Below, piece after piece: positions 29,915 to 31,151 of a DNA stretch of 31,151 nt. Position 1 is the first letter of the stretch, and every line of letters starts with the position of its first letter. The notes beneath the pieces are model-generated. The model was given only the letters and a program-made list of their open reading frames with translations. It searched no databases and was not told the origin of the DNA. Source of the DNA: a virus; the IMG/VR virus record IMGVR_UViG_3300045988_085915, positions 1-31,151 of that record; one strand, written 5' to 3'. A program made the translations under genes and the position numbers.

Positions 29915-30153
29915 TATCTTACATTATGAATTTTTAAGGTTACATCACAATACTGTTCATATAATTCAGATACTTCTGAACTTCCAGGATTATACCACAT
30001 TACAGAGTCTAATTTATGCTGAAGTTCTGCCTGTTCTAATCTAAGCTCAAATGTTTTAGTTTGGTAGTCTCCATAAGCATTATATACTCTAATACCAGCT
30101 ATAATAAAGCTAAGTACTAATAATCCAGCTAATATTTTATTTATCTTTTTCAT
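29914..30153 (-). CDS. Small membrane-anchored protein (79 aa from MKKINKIL)
   Basis: N-terminal hydrophobic anchor ILAGLLVLSFIIAGI. The track ORF extends further upstream, but the ATG at 30153 is the likely start. Confidence 0.45.
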   Translation of the reverse strand: MKKINKILAGLLVLSFIIAGIRVYNAYGDYQTKTFELRLEQAELQHKLDSVMWYNPGSSEVSELYEQYCDVTLKIHNVR

Positions 30154-30164
30154 AATTAAATATA

Positions 30165-30344
30165 TTAGAAAGAAATACCTAAACCAAAAAACCAAGAGGA
30201 TTTCTTTACCTTTTCATTGGTTTCAATCTCCTTTAATGCCTCATTACATAATTCTTGAGCTTTCTCAATAGAACCATCTTCAGTAATCTTACCATCTAAT
30301 ATATCAAGAAAATATTCAAGTGCTTCAATTTGTTTAGTTTTCAT
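30165..30344 (-). CDS. Small hypothetical protein (59 aa); first gene of the long - strand array
   Basis: ATG..TAA ORF MKTKQIEALEYFLDILDGK..., just below the track cutoff, directly downstream of the divergent promoter region. Confidence 0.4.
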   Translation of the reverse strand: MKTKQIEALEYFLDILDGKITEDGSIEKAQELCNEALKEIETNEKVKKSSWFFGLGISF

Positions 30345-30384
30345 AATTTATAAAGTTTAATTGTTAATATTATGTCTTACTTTC

Positions 30385-30404
30385 ATAGTACAAATATACA
30401 ACAA
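30385..30404 (-). promoter_or_regulatory. Promoter-like 20-mer TTGTTGTATATTTGTACTAT (- strand) upstream of the - strand array
   Basis: Exact 20-nt match to the + strand copy at 31018-31037. It contains TATATTTG, which fits the Bacteroidota -7 consensus TAnnTTTG; 40 nt upstream of the ATG at 30344. Confidence 0.5.
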
Positions 30405-30442
30405 AAAATTCATATTTCCAAATATTTTTTCATTTATTTTTC

Positions 30443-30473
30443 TTGCATAATTAAAAAATTATTCATATATTTG
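30443..30473 (+). promoter_or_regulatory. Promoter-like site for the + strand GIY-YIG gene
   Basis: TTGCAT, 17 nt, TATATT. The same bases read TATATTTG (30466-30473), 20 nt before the ATG at 30494. Confidence 0.5.
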
Positions 30474-30493
30474 CAATATGAAAATAATAAACT

Positions 30494-30982
30494 ATGAAAG
30501 GGTATATTTATAAAATAACGAATACAATAAATAATAAGTGTTATATTGGTCAAACTAGAACTAATATTAACAAAAGATGAAATAAACATAAGTTTGTAAG
30601 TACAGATCCAAGTAATAAAGCCTATAATTATCCATTATATAATGCTTTTAGAAAATACGGAATAGATAATTTTAAATGAGAAATATTAGAGGAATTAGAT
30701 GATAATTTAGACGATTTAATTATAAAGCTAAATAATCTTGAAATATATTATATATCTAAATATAATTCCCTAAATAATGGATATAATCAAAATAAAGGCG
30801 GAAATATAGTAGTTCAAACTTTAGAAAATAAATATAATGTATCTAAGGGAAAGAGACAATACTTAGGCTCTTTTGATAGATGTTTTGAAATCTACTATAT
30901 GGAACCATCGGCATTAGATTTATATGAATCAGATAAACTACTAAGTTTTAGTGAGTTAGAATTTTGACCAAAAATTTATTAA
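30494..30982 (+). CDS. GIY-YIG homing endonuclease (162 aa)
   Basis: GYIYKITNTINNKCYIGQT (GIY..YIG), NKR-W(TGA)-NKHK, NFK-W(TGA)-EILEE and EF-W(TGA)-PKIY. Missing from the ORF track because of these three TGA. TAA stop. Confidence 0.85.
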
Positions 30983-31017
30983 AAATAATGCTTAAATTAT
31001 TTGGAGATTGAGAAAAA

Positions 31018-31037
31018 TTGTTGTATATTTGTACTAT
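31018..31037 (+). promoter_or_regulatory. Promoter-like 20-mer TTGTTGTATATTTGTACTAT (+ strand), pointing toward the helicase module across the circular junction
   Basis: Exact inverted copy of 30385-30404; lies 36 nt after the GIY-YIG stop and upstream of the 33-64 hairpin. Confidence 0.45.
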
Positions 31038-31151
31038 CAAACTAAAACTACTTCCATATTGAAAATTGAGCTGGGATTAATTCCCAGTTTAATTTTAACC
31101 TTTACTGTAACTTTTTTACTAATATTTTGTAGTAAGATAAATAAAAAAAGT
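31033..31151. repeat. Second copy of the 119-bp terminal repeat
   Basis: Identical to 1-119. It includes a truncated duplicate of the hairpin and of 50-bp element copy 1, so these are the same locus, not extra copies. Confidence 0.95.

Noticed and set aside
1-31151. TGA = Gly (code 25, Gracilibacteria/Absconditabacteria) as the alternative recoding
   Set aside because: TGA aligns with a TGG Trp codon in the KNW paralog motif. It also falls at aromatic/Trp positions in the GIY-YIG, HNH/IENR1 and M15 motifs. Gly would not fit these positions.
31106-31151. An apparent fourth (partial) copy of the 50-bp element and a second copy of the 33-64 hairpin at the window end
   Set aside because: Both lie inside the 119-bp terminal duplication, so they are the same physical locus as copy 1.
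1-31151. CRISPR arrays, tRNA/tmRNA genes, an integrase/repressor lysogeny module, a diversity-generating retroelement (RT plus template/variable repeats), and a DNA polymerase
   Set aside because: I looked for these in the intergenic gaps and among the translated ORFs and found no spacer-repeat periodicity, cloverleaf-like GC-rich segments, tyrosine/serine recombinase motifs or RT motifs. This check was by eye only and should be confirmed with tools.

Overview
The window is a complete, compact (about 31.0 kb) tailed-phage genome. Its first 119 bp are repeated exactly at its last 119 bp, which indicates a circular-assembly overlap or short terminal repeat.

The central result is that the genome must be read with TGA = Trp (genetic code 4).
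- About 48 in-frame TGA codons join the fragmented standard-code ORF track into a nearly gap-free gene map.
- Many gene junctions are 1-4 nt TAATG-type overlaps.
- Every gene model ends in TAA or TAG.
- In one case a TGA aligns to a TGG Trp codon in two paralogs.

Gene layout:
- A short + strand module (158-2315) holds an SF2 helicase-like gene and small ORFs.
- One long - strand array (30344 down to 2352) holds small early-looking genes, then packaging, tail, head, fiber, head-completion and lysis genes, ending in a GIY-YIG endonuclease.
  - Early-looking genes: a PD-(D/E)xK-like nuclease, an HNH endonuclease, an ECF-like sigma factor split into two ORFs, and a CxxC membrane protein.
  - Packaging: TerS and TerL.
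  - Tail block: 162-aa, 726-aa and 1118-aa proteins plus a 922-aa tape measure.
  - Head block: XkdF-like protease, scaffold, major capsid and tail tube.
  - Fiber region: a tandemly triplicated receptor-binding cassette.
  - Head completion and lysis: portal and head-tail genes, then a membrane protein, a holin-like gene and an M15 endolysin.
- A lone + strand GIY-YIG gene lies at 30494-30982.

Points worth a second look:
- No tRNA or release-factor gene is visible, although the phage encodes a peptidoglycan endolysin.
- TGA use is strongly uneven between the head and tail modules.
- A 50-bp inverted-repeat-armed element sits upstream of three operons.
- A 20-nt promoter-like repeat carries TATATTTG.
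- The sigma factor is split.

Functional calls come from motif recognition by eye, not database searches.
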